A DNA stretch of 63,879 nt from positions 1 to 63,879 of the forward strand of contig JAUCBJ010004795.1 of assembly GCA_032718475.1 (NCBI GenBank), written 5' to 3'. Both the position numbers and the translations under genes were made by a program. Each line of letters opens with the position of its first letter. The first letter of the stretch is position 1. Below, piece after piece: positions 13,601 to 25,900 of the stretch. This stretch comes from Nemertoderma westbladi. Its lineage: Eukaryota > Animalia > Xenacoelomorpha. The notes under the pieces were generated by a model. It did not search any database, was not told the DNA's origin, and was given only the letters and a program-made list of their open reading frames with translations.

Positions 13601-14379
13601 TAGGCCTATATAATTACTGAGTCCAGGATGCTTTATAACTATCTCGAGAAGTCAACGTAAAATCCCAACCGTTAATATCTTACATTCCAAGGGAATCGTC
13701 CACATTGCCTCGGTTTGGCTCCATATCTCTGAATCGGCCTCGACAACTGAGTGGCATTAACTCATCCGCGGGGTATGCGTTATCCATGTAGGAGTTGAAT
13801 GCGTGGTCAAACATTTCCAACACCTCGTCTCTGTAATGAAATAAGATGTGGATCTAAACATTTAAACACATTTGAATAATTTATCGAATTTTGTAATTGA
13901 ATAATATGAATGAATTAAATATTCTAATAAAAAGTAGCGAAATATGTGAATGACTTACAAAGAAAGTTGCAGCATTTATGCCATATTTTATTGTACAAAA
14001 ATTATATGGAGGATTTCAAAAGGTTAGATTATTGATATAGAAAATACAGAGATAATAGGCCTGCATTTTGTCAGTTTGTATAATACAATAAAGAGTAATA
14101 AAAAATTGATATGATAAAAAAAAAGTTCAAATTAAGACACATAGCACTATATTCCAGTTCCTACACATGTCGTAATAGGCCTTCAAACAACTTTTAATTC
14201 GAGTTGATACAGGACAGACGTTTATTTATAATTAAGTATTCGCCTTACCTTAGTCTGATTTTATCAACGTAAGAAAATTCCGATGCTGCGTTCATGTGTC
14301 TTCTTAAACAAACGACAATACAGACAAAAACAAACAAACATGTACGATGACCACCGGTTCCATTACAGGTCCCTCCCAT
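1523..14379 (-). CDS. EDEM3: EDEM3-like ER degradation-enhancing alpha-mannosidase (GH47), 5' part; exons 14379-14249, 13830-13684, 13582-13430, 4058-3905, 1654-1523; continues beyond position 1
   Basis: Spliced translation: [161 protein letters not shown]. This matches remembered EDEM3 motifs. All introns are GT-AG with consistent phases (2,2,2,0,0). Confidence 0.93.
1861..2620 (-). mobile_element. Degenerate 3' fragment of an L2/CR1-group LINE, containing a 34-bp triplication (2405..2507)
   Basis: Broken peptides such as [22 protein letters not shown] and [15 protein letters not shown] resemble the C-terminal end of L2/CR1 ORF2. Multiple stops and frameshifts. Confidence 0.55.
3292..3846. 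mobile_element. MITE with ~150-bp terminal inverted repeats and TA target duplication (Tc1/mariner-like)
   Basis: caccatgtcccgtaatatagtgtcattttctg..gccggaattttcgat at the left end is mirrored at 3693..3846; TA flanks both sides (3290-3291, 3847-3848). Confidence 0.88.
3905..4058 (-). CDS. EDEM3: EDEM3-like exon 4 ([18 protein letters not shown])
   Basis: Acceptor ttattttTGCAG at 4059, donor GTTAGT at 3904; 154 nt, phase 2/0. Confidence 0.93.
4164..13453 (-). repeat. 32-bp tandem array (~290 copies) made of the EDEM3 exon 3 3' end plus its 5' splice donor
   Basis: Minus-strand unit CGAGACAACGATCCGTGTGCTGGG|GTGAGTA(A/G). The first copy encodes ETTIRVLG of exon 3. Confidence 0.97.
13430..13582 (-). 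CDS. EDEM3: EDEM3-like exon 3 ([20 protein letters not shown])
   Basis: Acceptor tattttag at 13583, first GTGAGT donor at 13429; 153 nt, phase 2/2. Confidence 0.92.
13684..13830 (-). CDS. EDEM3: EDEM3-like exon 2 ([26 protein letters not shown])
   Basis: Acceptor ttacag at 13831, donor GTAAGA at 13683; 147 nt. Confidence 0.94.
14249..14379 (-). CDS. EDEM3: EDEM3-like exon 1, signal-peptide/anchor region
   Basis: ATG at 14379, hydrophobic stretch [12 protein letters not shown], donor AG|GTAAGG at 14248 in the phase required by exon 2. Confidence 0.82.
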
Positions 14380-14749
14380 ATTTTTTAATTAGCATATATA
14401 TATATATATTTCTACGCGTAGGCGTAGCGTACCGTTAACAGTTAAAACATATTCCGAGGTTCCCAACACCTTAAGCAGATAGACTGAAAGATACCGGTAG
14501 AAATTGTTTATTGGCGCCAAATTTCAGATAAAATATAAAATAATGTTACATTTAAGTTAAATTTACATGGCGCGTTGCGGTATACTGGTATATACTGACA
14601 TAAATCTCTAAATACAATTGTTAAAATTCGCTTCCCTTCAGGCGTGATAATATTTACATTACAGTAAGGTCTGCTGGCCTATGCAGCTATGGGAATGACA
14701 TTTCACATTAACACAGCTACGGTACAGCAATATACAATATATGCAAGGT

Positions 14750-15215
14750 GGGATCTAAGTTTCGTATGTTGAGGATCTTTGAGGATCTAAGTTCCTATGG
14801 AAGGATCTAAGTTCGTATGGGAAGGATCTAAGTTCGTATGGGAAGATCTAGTTATAGTTCATATGCGTACCTCTGGTATTTTCGTATTGCAAAAATAAGA
14901 CTATATAAGTATGAAATACCGGTACCCTATGTTATTGAGATATTGTTCATTGTTTTGGTTAGAAAAGCCCACTACTGACTGACTGTAACGGTAACCTGCT
15001 CCTTTCCGTTAATTAAGTAATGGAGATTAGTTTATTGTTTTGGTTAGAAAACACCACCACTGTACTGTAACCGGCTTCTTTTGCCAGAGGTACGCATATG
15101 AACGATAACCGAAGATCTAAGTTCGCATGGGACTGTGGACTGTGGGAAGGATCTATGTTCACCCAAGATCTAAGTTCGTTCAGGATCTACTGATCTAAGG
15201 TGCTTTAGGATCTAA
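14750..15215. repeat. Short degenerate (GGATCTAAGTTCGTATGG)-type tandem repeat upstream of EDEM3, interrupted by a MITE
   Basis: Roughly ten copies of (g)gatctaagttc between 14750 and 15215. Confidence 0.7.
14851..15110. mobile_element. 260-bp MITE with 26-bp TIRs and an apparent 9-bp TSD (GAAGATCTA)
   Basis: gttatagttcatatgcgtacctctgg (14851-14876) is inverted at 15084-15109; gaagatcta occurs at 14842-14850 and 15111-15119. Confidence 0.75.
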
Positions 15216-15889
15216 AGCCGGGCCTGTTTTAGGCCTAGGTAGGTATAGGCCTATGTTAGTTCACTTATGGCAGAAATATTAAAAAAAGTTGTAGACCAGC
15301 CGATGAGGAAGGGAGCCCTCAGGCCTTCCTGCCTTCCGCTTCATATGTTGCTGGGCAGCAGGTATTTACAGCAAGAAAGTGTCGAGTGTCCGTCCGTACA
15401 GCCGCAGCGCAGCCACTATTTATATTTGTCCTTCACAGCGGGGGGCAGCGGGCAGGCTGCTAGGCCTGCCCGCTACTTTGGCCTCAACTCCACTTCCACT
15501 ACTGCACTACAGCACTAGGCCTAGTCCTCAAAGCTGCAAAGCAGAAGGCGGACAGGACAGCCGGACACATTTTGGCTGTAATTCACGTTTTCGAAAATAA
15601 GGCTGTAAGGTGACAGTTTTTCCATTTTTAATATTAGGCTAATGTAATGATATAGCCTTAGCCTAGCTGCCTAGCCCAGTAGCCTAAGGCGTAAGGCTGT
15701 ACTGCTGTAAGGATAGGTAGTTAGGTAGGCCTATCTACTGATCTAGGCCTAGGCCTATTCCAAATGTGAGATTCTAATTCCCAAATTAATTTACAAGGTA
15801 CAGAGGTAGGCCTACAGAATTTTATAGCGATTCTATTATAATGGCATAATTTTTAAAATGCCAGTCTGCCAGTACAGCAGTGTAAAACA

Positions 15890-15983
15890 GTGTAAAAATA
15901 ATACCCTAGGCCTAGCTGCCTAGTGCAGTAGTGAATTGAAATCACTACTGCACTTGGCCTGGCCTAGGGTATTATTTTTACAC
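15890..15983. repeat. ~94-bp imperfect palindrome/hairpin
   Basis: gtgtaaaaataataccctaggcc..agtgcagtagtga | tcactactgcact..ggcctagggtattatttttacac. Confidence 0.8.
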
Positions 15984-16484
15984 ATTCTAACCGGAAAATT
16001 TTTAGGGCAGTAGGGGGGTTGAAATTTTCTGCTACATCGGTACTGCCAGACTGCCTACTGTCAGACTGTACTAGGCAGCTAGCGCTAGGTCTACCAGACC
16101 AGTTATGCAGTTTGATGTAGGTCTACTCTACTACCTACAAGCCTACGTCCTACGTCCTACAGCAGGCTACAGCTGTACCATGGCCTAGGGCAGTAGGGTG
16201 TACGTACCGGTACACGCTTAAAGGCCAGCAGCAGGCGAGAGGCGGAGAGAGTGGAGATGATGACTAGAGGTTCTATAAAAGTTTCAGTTCTAGTCTGCCA
16301 CTGCCAGTTACCGTACAACCCTATTTATTATAGTTACAGCGTTACACCATTACCAGGGAGATTTTGACACATAGGGACTCTTTGTACTCCTATTGCAACA
16401 GGAACAGACAGACAGAGACAGAGGGACTCTTTGTCGATTACCACCTTTGACCTCTGAAGAGTGGAAAATACAGTACCTTACTAC

Positions 16485-16630
16485 CTTATTGTTTTCAAGG
16501 TTGAGCACATTGTTTGCATTGATATTGAATAAACTATCAACGGTATTGAATTCACCTTGTATTAACTCTCCTGCTTCTCTGAAGGGAAATTTATTCCGGG
16601 GAGCAGTAGCATGTCTGCCTAATTGTTGAT
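16485..16630 (-). other. Possible orphan exon (xQQLGRHATAPRNKFPFREAGELIQGEFNTVDSLFNINANNVLNLENNK)
   Basis: Pyrimidine-rich acceptor ttttgtttgtttatttcaattag, one open frame, and AAG|GTAGTAAGG donor options. No family recognised and no partner exons found. Confidence 0.3.
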
Positions 16631-17061
16631 CTAATTGAAATAAACAAACAAAAGATACTTCACTAGAAAGCAGACTCTTTGCAGGATGATGTTTTGTTTA
16701 TGTTTAATGTTTAAGGTATAGAAAGCAATTGCTTGTTGTACCTGTACATCTACAAGAACAAGTAAATTAACAATTTAACTAAAAAAATTAGATATAGAAA
16801 ATTACAGTGAAATAAGATGAAAGCTTACAGATGAAAGCTACAGTATAAGTACCTAAAACTATTTACAGTAGATATAGATAATAATTTAATATTGATTCCG
16901 GTAATTACGAGACATGAGAACTGCACTAATTATTCTTACAGCATTTAAGTAAAAAATAGCAAATGTATTTTTTGTACAAAAACTGAAAAAAATTAATTTG
17001 ATCACTATTCATGATTAACAACGCACTTGAACTTTAATTTAAATAACGGGAATGGTGATTT

Positions 17062-17243
17062 TAATGTAAAGGTTTCGTTCAGAAATGGAAAAAATGAGGA
17101 AGTTGAACCAGCGCTATACGTACGTCTCAGCCTACGCTGAACTGGTTAACGCACTGAGGCCTGATAGGCTGTAACGTACGTATAGAGCTGGTTCAACCCC
17201 GGTGACGTGCTTATTTCAATTTCTGAACAAAACCTTTACATTA
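17062..17243. mobile_element. Short foldback MITE
   Basis: taatgtaaaggtttcgttcagaaat..gttgaaccagc..tatacgtacgt..cagccta is mirrored by taggctg..acgtacgtata..gctggttcaac..atttctgaacaaaacctttacatta. Confidence 0.75.
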
Positions 17244-17599
17244 CATCATTAATTACAGTAGCATTAACAGCTCAACTCCAATTTAAATATTTAAAAAGAA
17301 GGAAGGATCGTGAGGGAAATACATATAAAACATAAAAAAATACTTTGTATTCATATTGTATAAAATAAAAAAATAAAATAAAGATGTAAAATTAATTAAA
17401 AATAAAATATAAAAAAGAATTATGAAAAAAAACTGTGTTAATAGGTGGCCAGGAGATAAATTAAAAATATTAAAATTCGATAAAACAATGATAATGAGTT
17501 ATAGATGGGTAAGTGGTCGGTTCATGTGAGGATCCACCACGATGGAGTAAATTTCGAGGGTAAATGTATTTAATATTTAATGAGGGTGTAAGTGAGGTC

Positions 17600-18075
17600 A
17601 CTTACATACATCATCGGTCAGCGCATCCCATGGGTCAATGACCCGAAGTGAACGGTGGAGTTTCGTTGGAGTAATCTCACACGTGGTTTCTGGAGTTTTA
17701 AGAAGAGGACGTGAGTACTGCTGGAGGAGAGAGTATATTGATGGTTGACCGACTCTAATCCCGACAGATACCGATAAACCTGGATGAGATCAGCGCGATG
17801 GCGACGATACTCGATTGTCGGGAGACCCAACTGCCGCAAGCGAAGAGGGTACTGTGGCTACTAATTGAGTAGCTCGCCATTGGACTGATCCAAGAGTTCG
17901 GTTGGATTTTTTCACAATCGTTTCAATATGGTGGCCGAATGAGAGGTAGTTCTGGAATATGACTCCGATGTATTTTTCTTTGTTAGTCTCGAATTGATAT
18001 TGAAGATATATGCATAATTTTACTTTTTGTGAAGTGGAAACTCAACTGCCACATTCGTCGGCAAATCTATAAATT
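17600..18075 (-). mobile_element. Degenerate CR1-type LINE 3' fragment
   Basis: WQLSFHFTKSKIMHI, KYIGVIFQNYLSFGHHIETIVKKSNRTLG and RLRQLGLPTIEYRRHRADLIQVYRYLSG are typical CR1 ORF2 C-terminal motifs, here broken by deletions. Confidence 0.8.
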
Positions 18076-18089
18076 AATAATCCAATGAT

Positions 18090-21000
18090 GGTCACTAACT
18101 GAGAAAGCAAAACACATCCGCCATGATTCCTTCCACAACCACCCGCTCACTAACTGAGAAAGCAAAGCACAGCCGCCATGATTCCTTCCAAAACCACCCG
18201 GTCACTAACTGAGAAAGCAAAGCACAGCCGCCATGATTCCTTCCACAACCACCCGGTCACTAACTGAGAATGCAAAGCACAGCCGCCATGGTTCCTTCCA
18301 CAACCACCCGGTCACTAACTGAGAAAGCAAAGCACAGCCGCCATGATTCCTTCCACAACCACCCGCTCACTAACTGAGAAAGCAAAGCACAGCCGCCATG
18401 ATTCCTTCCACAACCACCCGCTCACTAACTGAGAAAGCAAAGCACAGCCGCCATGATTCCTTCCACAACCACCCGCTCACTAACTGAGAAAGCAAAGCAC
18501 AGCCGCCATGATTCCTTCCACAACCACCCGCTCACTAACTGAGAAAGCAAAAAGCACAGCCGCCATGATTCCTTCCACAACCACCCGGTCACTAACTGAG
18601 AAAGCAAAGCACAGCCGCCATGATTCCTTCCACAACCACCCGGTCACTAACTGAGAAAGCAAAACACAGCCGCCATGATTCCTTCCACAACCACCCGGTC
18701 ACTAACTGAGAAAGCAAAGCACAGCCGCCATGATTCCTTCCACAACCACCCGCTCACTAACTGAGAAAGCAAAGCACAGCCGCCATGATTCCTTCCACAA
18801 CCACCCGCTCACTAACTGAGAAAGCAAAGCACAGCCGCCATGATTCCTTCCAAAACCACCCGGTCACTAACTGAGAAAGCAAAGCACAGCCGCCATGATT
18901 CCTTCCACAACCACCCGGTCACTAACTGAGAAAGCAAAGCACAGCCGCCATGATTCCTTCCACAACCACCCGGTCACTAACTGAGAAAGCAAAACACAGC
19001 CGCCATGATTCCTTCCACAACCACCCGGTCACTAACTGAGAAAGCAAAGCACAGCCGCCATGATTCCTTCCACAACCACCCGCTCACTAACTGAGAAAGC
19101 AAAGCACAGCCGCCATGATTCCTTCCACAACCACCCGCTCACTAACTGAGAAAGCAAAGCACAGCCGCCATGATTCCTTCCACAACCACCCGGTCACTAA
19201 CTGAGAAAGCAAAGCACAGCCGCCATGATTCCTTCCACAACCACCCGGTCACTAACTGAGAAAGCAAAGCACAGCCGCCATGATTCCTTCCACAACCACC
19301 CGGTCACTAACTGAGAAAGCAAAACACAGCCGCCATGATTCCTTCCACAACCACCCGGTCACTAACTGAGAAAGCAAAGCACAGCCGCCATGATTCCTTC
19401 CACAACCACCCGCTCACTAACTGAGAAAGCAAAGCACAGCCGCCATGATTCCTTCCACAACCACCCGGTCACTAACTGAGAAAGCAAAGCACATACGCCA
19501 TGATACCTTTCACAACCACCCAGTCACTAACTGAGAAAGCAAAGCACAGCCGCCATGATTCCTTCCACAACCACCCGCTCACTAACTGAGAAAGCAAAGC
19601 ACAGCCGCCATGATTCCTTCCACAACCACCCGCTCACTAACTGCAAAAGCAAAGCACAGCCGCCATGATTCCTTCCACAACCTCCCGGTCACTAACTGAG
19701 AAAGCAAAGCACAGCCGCCATGATTCCTTCCACAACCACCCGCTCACTAACTGAGAAAGTAAATCACAGCCGCCATGATTCCTTCCACAACCACCCGGTC
19801 ACTAATTGAGAAAGCAAATTACAGCCGCCATGATTCCTTCCACAACCACCCGCTCACTAACTGAGAAAGCAAAGCACAGCCGCCATGATTCCTTCCACAA
19901 CCACCCGCTCACTAACTGAGAAAGCAAAGCACAGCCGCCATGATTCCTTCCAAAACCACCCGGTCACTAACTGAGAAAGCAAAGCACAGTGGCCATGATT
20001 CCTTCCACAGCCACCCGGTCACTAACTGAGAAAGCAAAGCGCAGTCGCCATGATTCCTTCCACAACCACCCGGTCACTAACTGAGAAAGCAAAGCACAGC
20101 CGCCATGATTCCTTCCACAACCACCCGGTCACTAACTGAGAAAGCAAAGCACAGCCGCCATGATTTCTTCCACAACCACCCGGTTACTAACTGAGAAAGC
20201 AAAGCACAGCCGCCATGATTCCTTCCACAACCACCCGGTCACTAACTGAGAAAGCAAAGCACAGCCGCCATGATTCCTTCCACAACCACCCGGTCACTAA
20301 CGGACAAAGCAAAGCACAGCCGCCATGATTTCTTCCACAACCACCCGGTTACTAACTGAGAAAGCAAAACACAGCCGCCATGATTCCTTCCACAACCACC
20401 CGGTCACTAACTGAGAAAGCAAAGCACAGCCGCCATGATTCCTTCCACAACCACCCGGTCACTAACTGAGAAAGCAAAGCACAGCCGCCATGATTCCTTC
20501 CACAACCACCCGGTCACTAACCGAGAAAGCAAAGCACAGCCGCCATGATTCCTTCCACAACCACCCGGACATTAACTGAGAAAGCAAAGCACAGCCGTCA
20601 TGATTCCTTCCACAACCACCCGGTCACTAACTGAGAAAGCAAAGCACAGCCGCCATGATTCCTTCCAAAACCACCCGGTCACTAACCGAGAAAGCAAAGC
20701 ACAGCCGCCATGATTCCTTCCACAACCACCCGGTCACTAACTGAGAAAGCAAAGCACAGCCGCCATGATTCCTTCCACAACCACCCGGTCACTAACTGAG
20801 AAAGCAAAGCACAGCCGCCATGATTCCTTCCACAACCACCCGGTCACTAACCGAGAAAGCAAAGCACAGCCGCCATGATTCCTTCCACAACCACCCGGAC
20901 ATTAACTGAGAAAGCAAAGCACAGCCGTCATGATTCCTTCCAAAACCACCCAGTCACTAACCGAGAAAGCAAAGCACAGCCGCCATGATTCCTTCCACAA

Positions 21001-22949
21001 CCACCCGGACATTAACTGAGAAAGCAAAGCACAGCCGTCATGATGCCTTCCACAACCACCCGGACATTAACTGAGAAAGCAAAGCACAGCCGTCATGATT
21101 CCTTCCAAAACCACCCAGTCACTAACCGAGAAAGCAAAGCACAGCCGCCATGATTCCTTCCACAACCACCCGGACATTAACTGAGAAAGCAAAGCACAGC
21201 CGTCATGATTCCTTCCAAAACCACCCAGTCACTAACCGAGAAAGCAAAGCACAGCCGCCATGATTCCTTCCACAACCACCCGGTCACTAACTGAGAAAGC
21301 AAAGCACAGCCGCCATGATTCCTTCCACAACCACCCGGTCACTAACTGAGAAAGCAAAGCACAGCCGCCATGATTCCTTCCACAACCACCCGGTCACTAA
21401 CTGAGAAAGCAAAGCACAGCCGCCATGATTCCTTCCACAACCACCCGGTCACTAACTGAGAAAGCAAATTACAGCCGCCATGATTCCTTCCACAACCACC
21501 CGGTCACTAACTGAGAAAGCAAAGCACAGCCGCCATGATTCCTTCCACAACCACCCGGTCACTAACTGAGAAAGCAAAGCACAGCCGCCATGATTCCTTC
21601 AACAACCACCCGGTCACTAACTGAGAAAGCAAAGCACAGCCGCCATGATTCCTTCCAAAACCACCCGGTCACTAACTGAGAAAGCAAATTACAGCCGCCA
21701 TGATTCCTTCCACAACCACCCGGTCACTAACGGAGAAAGCAAAGCACAGCCGCCATGATTCCTTCCAAAACCACCCGGTCACTAACTGAGAAAGCAAATT
21801 ACAGCCGCCATGATTCCTTCCACAACCACCCGGTCACTAACGGAGAAAGCAAAGCACAGCCGTCATGATTCCTTCCACAACCACCCGGTCACTAACTGAG
21901 AAAGCAAAGCACAGCCGCCATGATTCCTTCCATAACCACCCGGTCACTAACTGAGAAAGCAAAGCACAGCCGCCATGATTCCTTCCACAACCACCCGGTC
22001 ATTAACTGAGAAAGCAAAGCACAGCCGCCATGATTCCTTCCACAACCACCCGGTCACTAACTGAGAAAGCAAAGCACAGCCGCCATGATTCCTTCCAAAA
22101 CCACCCGGTCACTAACCGAGAAAGCAAAGCACAGCCGCCATGATTCCTTCCACAACCACCCGGTCACTAACTGAGAAAGCAAAGCACAGCCGCCATGATT
22201 CCTTCCACAACCACCCGGTCATTAACTGAGAAAGCAAAGCACAGCCGCCATGACCGGTCATTAACTGAGAAAGCAAAGCACAGCCGCCATGATTCCTTCC
22301 ACAACCACCCGGTCACTAACTGAGAAAGCAAAGCACAGCCGCCATGATTCCTTCCACAACCACCCGGTCACTAACTGAGAAAGCAAATCACAGCCGCCAT
22401 GATTCCTTCCACAACCACCCGGTCACTAACTGAGAAAGCAAAGCACAGCCGCCATGATTCCTTCCACAACCACCCGGTCACTAACTGAGAAAGCAAAGCA
22501 CAGCCGCCATGATTCCTTCCACAACCAACCGGTCACTAACTGAGAAAGCAAAGCACAGCCGCCATGATTCCTTCCACAACCAACCGGTCACTAACTGAGA
22601 AAGCAAAGCACAGCCGCCATGATTCCTTCCACAACCACCTGGTCATTAACTGAGAAAGTAAATCACAGCCGCCATGATTCCTTCCACAACCACCCGGTCA
22701 CTAACTGAGAAAGCAAAGCACAGCCGCCATGATTCCTTCCACAACCACCCGGTCACTAACTGAGAAAGCAAAGCACAGCCGCCATGATTCCTTCCACAAC
22801 CACCTGGTCATTAACTGAGAAAGCAAATCACAGCCGCCATGATTCCTTCCACAACCACCTGGTCATTAACTGAGAAAGCAAAGCACAGCCGCCATGATTC
22901 CTTCCACAACCACCCGGTCACTAACTGAGAAAGCAAAGCGCAGCCGCCA
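18090..22949. repeat. 55-bp tandem array (~88 copies)
   Basis: Unit cactaactgagaaagcaaagcacagccgccatgattccttccacaaccacccg(g/c)t. Confidence 0.97.
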
Positions 22950-25900
22950 CATTCCCATTTGCCTTCTCACATTCCCATCTACCTTCTCACATTCCCATCT
23001 ACCTTCTCACATTCCCATTTACCTTCTCACATTCCCATCTACCTTCTCACATTCCCATTTGCCTTCTCACATTCCCATCTACCTTCTCACATTCCCATCT
23101 ACCTTCTCACATTCCCATCTACCTTCTCACATTCCCATTTGCCTTCTTACATTCCCATCTACATCCTCACATTCCCATCTACCTTCTCACATTCCCATCT
23201 ACCCTCTCACATTCCAATTTGCTTTCTCACATTCCCATTTGCCTACTCACATTACCATTTGCCATCACATTCCCATTTGCCTTCTCACATTCCCATCTAC
23301 CTTCTCACATTCCCATCTACCCTCTCACATTCCCATTTGCCTTTTCACATTCCCATCTACCTTCACACATTCCGATTTGCCTTCTCACATTCCCATTTAC
23401 CTTCTTACATTCCCATCTACCTTCTCACATTCCCATCTACCCTCTCACATTCCCATTTGCCTTTTCACATTCCCATCTACCTTCACACATTCCGATTTGC
23501 CTTCTCACATTGCCATTTACCTTTTCACATTCCCATTTGCCTTCTCACATTCCCATCTCCTTCTCACATTCCCATTTGCCTTCTCACATTCCATCTACAT
23601 TCTCACATTCCCATCAACCTTCTCACATTCCCATCTACCTTCTCACATTCGCATTTGCCTTCTCACATTCCCATTTGCCTTCTCACATTCCCATCTACCT
23701 TCTCACATTCCCATTTGCCTTCTCACATTCCCATCTACCTTCTCACATTCCGATTTGCCTTCTCACATTCCCATCTACCTTCTCACATTCCCATTTGCCT
23801 TCTCACATTCCCATCTACCTTCTCACATTCCGATTTGCCTTCTCACATTCCCATCTACCTTCTCACATTCCCATCTACCTTCTCACATTCGCATTTGCCT
23901 TCTCACATTCCCATCTACCTTCTCACATTCCCATTTGCCTTCTCACATTCCCATCTACCTTCTCACATTTCCATCTACCTTCTCACATTCCCATTGGCCT
24001 TCTCACATTCCCATCTACCTTCTCACATTCCCATCTACCTTCTCACATTCGCATTTGCCTTCTCACATTCCCATCTACATTCTCACATTCCCATTTGCCT
24101 TCTCACATTCCCATCTACCTTCTCACATTCCCATTTGCCTTCTCACATTCCCATCTACCTTCTCACATTCCCATTTGCCTTCTCACATTCCCATCTACCT
24201 TCTCACATTCCGATTTGCCTTCTCACATTCCCATTTGCCTTCTCAAATTCCCATCTACCTTCTCACATTCCCATTGGCCTTCTCACATTCCCATCTACCT
24301 TCTCACATTCCCATCTACCTTCTCACATTCGCATTTGCCTTCTCACATTCCCATCCACCTTCTCACATTCCCATTTGCCTTCTCACATTCCCATCTACCT
24401 TCTCACATTCCGATTTGCCTTCTCACATTCCCATTTGCCTTCTCACATTCCCATCTACCTTCTCACATTCCCATTGGCCTTCTCACATTCCCATCTACCT
24501 TCTCACATTCCCATTTGCCTTCTCACATTCCCATCTACCTTCTCACATTCCCATCTACCTTCTCACATTCCCATTTGCCTTCTCACATTCCCATCTACCT
24601 TCTCACATTCCCATTTGCCTTCTCACATTCCCATCTACCTTCTCACATTCCGATTTGCCTTCTCACATTCCCATCTACCTTCTCACATTCCGATTTGCCT
24701 TCTCACATTCCCATTTGCCTTCTCACATTCCCATCTACCTTCTCACATTCCCATCTACCTTCTCACATTCGCATTTGCCTTCTCACATTCCCATCCACCT
24801 TCTCACATTCCCATTTGCCTTCTCACATTCCCATCTATCTTCTCACATTCCCATTTGCCTTCTCACATTCCCATCTACCTTCTCACATTCCCATTGGCCT
24901 TCTCACATTCCCATCTACCTTCTCACATTCCCATCTACCTTCTCACATTCGCATTTGCCTTCTCACATTCCCATCCACCTTCTCACATTCCCATTTACCT
25001 TCTCACATTCCCATCTACCTTCTCACATTCCCATTTGCCTTCTCACATTCCCATCTACCTTCTCACATTCCGATTTGCCTTCTCACATTCCCATCTACCT
25101 TCTCACATTCCCATTTGCCTTCTCACATTCCTATCTACCTTCTCACATTCCGATTTGCCTTCTCACATTCCCATCTACCTTCTCACATTCCCATTTGCCT
25201 TCTCACATTCCCATCTACCTTCTCACATTCCGATTTGCCTTCTCACATTCCCATCTACCTTCTCACATTCCCATCTACCTTCTCACATTTGCATTTGCCT
25301 TCTCACATTCCCATCTACCTTCTCACATTCCCATTTGCCTTCTCACATTCCCATCTACCTTCTCACATTCCCATTTACCTTCTCACATTCCCATCTACCT
25401 TCTCACATTCCCATTTGCCTTCTCACATTCCCATCTACCTTCTCACATTCCCATCTACCTTCTCACATTCCCATTGGCTTTCTCACATTCCCATCTACCT
25501 TCTCACATTCCCATCTACCTTCTCACATTCCCATTTGCCTTCTTACATTCCCATCTACATCCTCACATTCCCATTTGCTTTATCACATTCCCATTTGCCT
25601 ACTCACATTCCCATTTGCTTTCTCACATTCCCATCTACCTTCTCACATTCCCATTTACCTTCTCACATTCCCATCTACCTTCTCACATTCCCATTTGCCT
25701 TCTCACATTCCCATCTACCTTCTCACATTCCCATCTACCTTCTCACATTCCCATTGGCTTTCTCACATTCCCATCTACCTTCTCACATTCCCATCTACCT
25801 TCTCACATTCCCATTTGCCTTCTTACATTCCCATCTACATCCTCACATTCCCATTTGCTTTATCACATTCCCATCTACCTTCTCACATTCCCATTTGCCT

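Noticed and set aside
4152-13603. Dozens of plus-strand ORFs ([12 protein letters not shown]..)
   Set aside because: Three-frame translations of the 32-bp unit, antisense to EDEM3; no coding signal.
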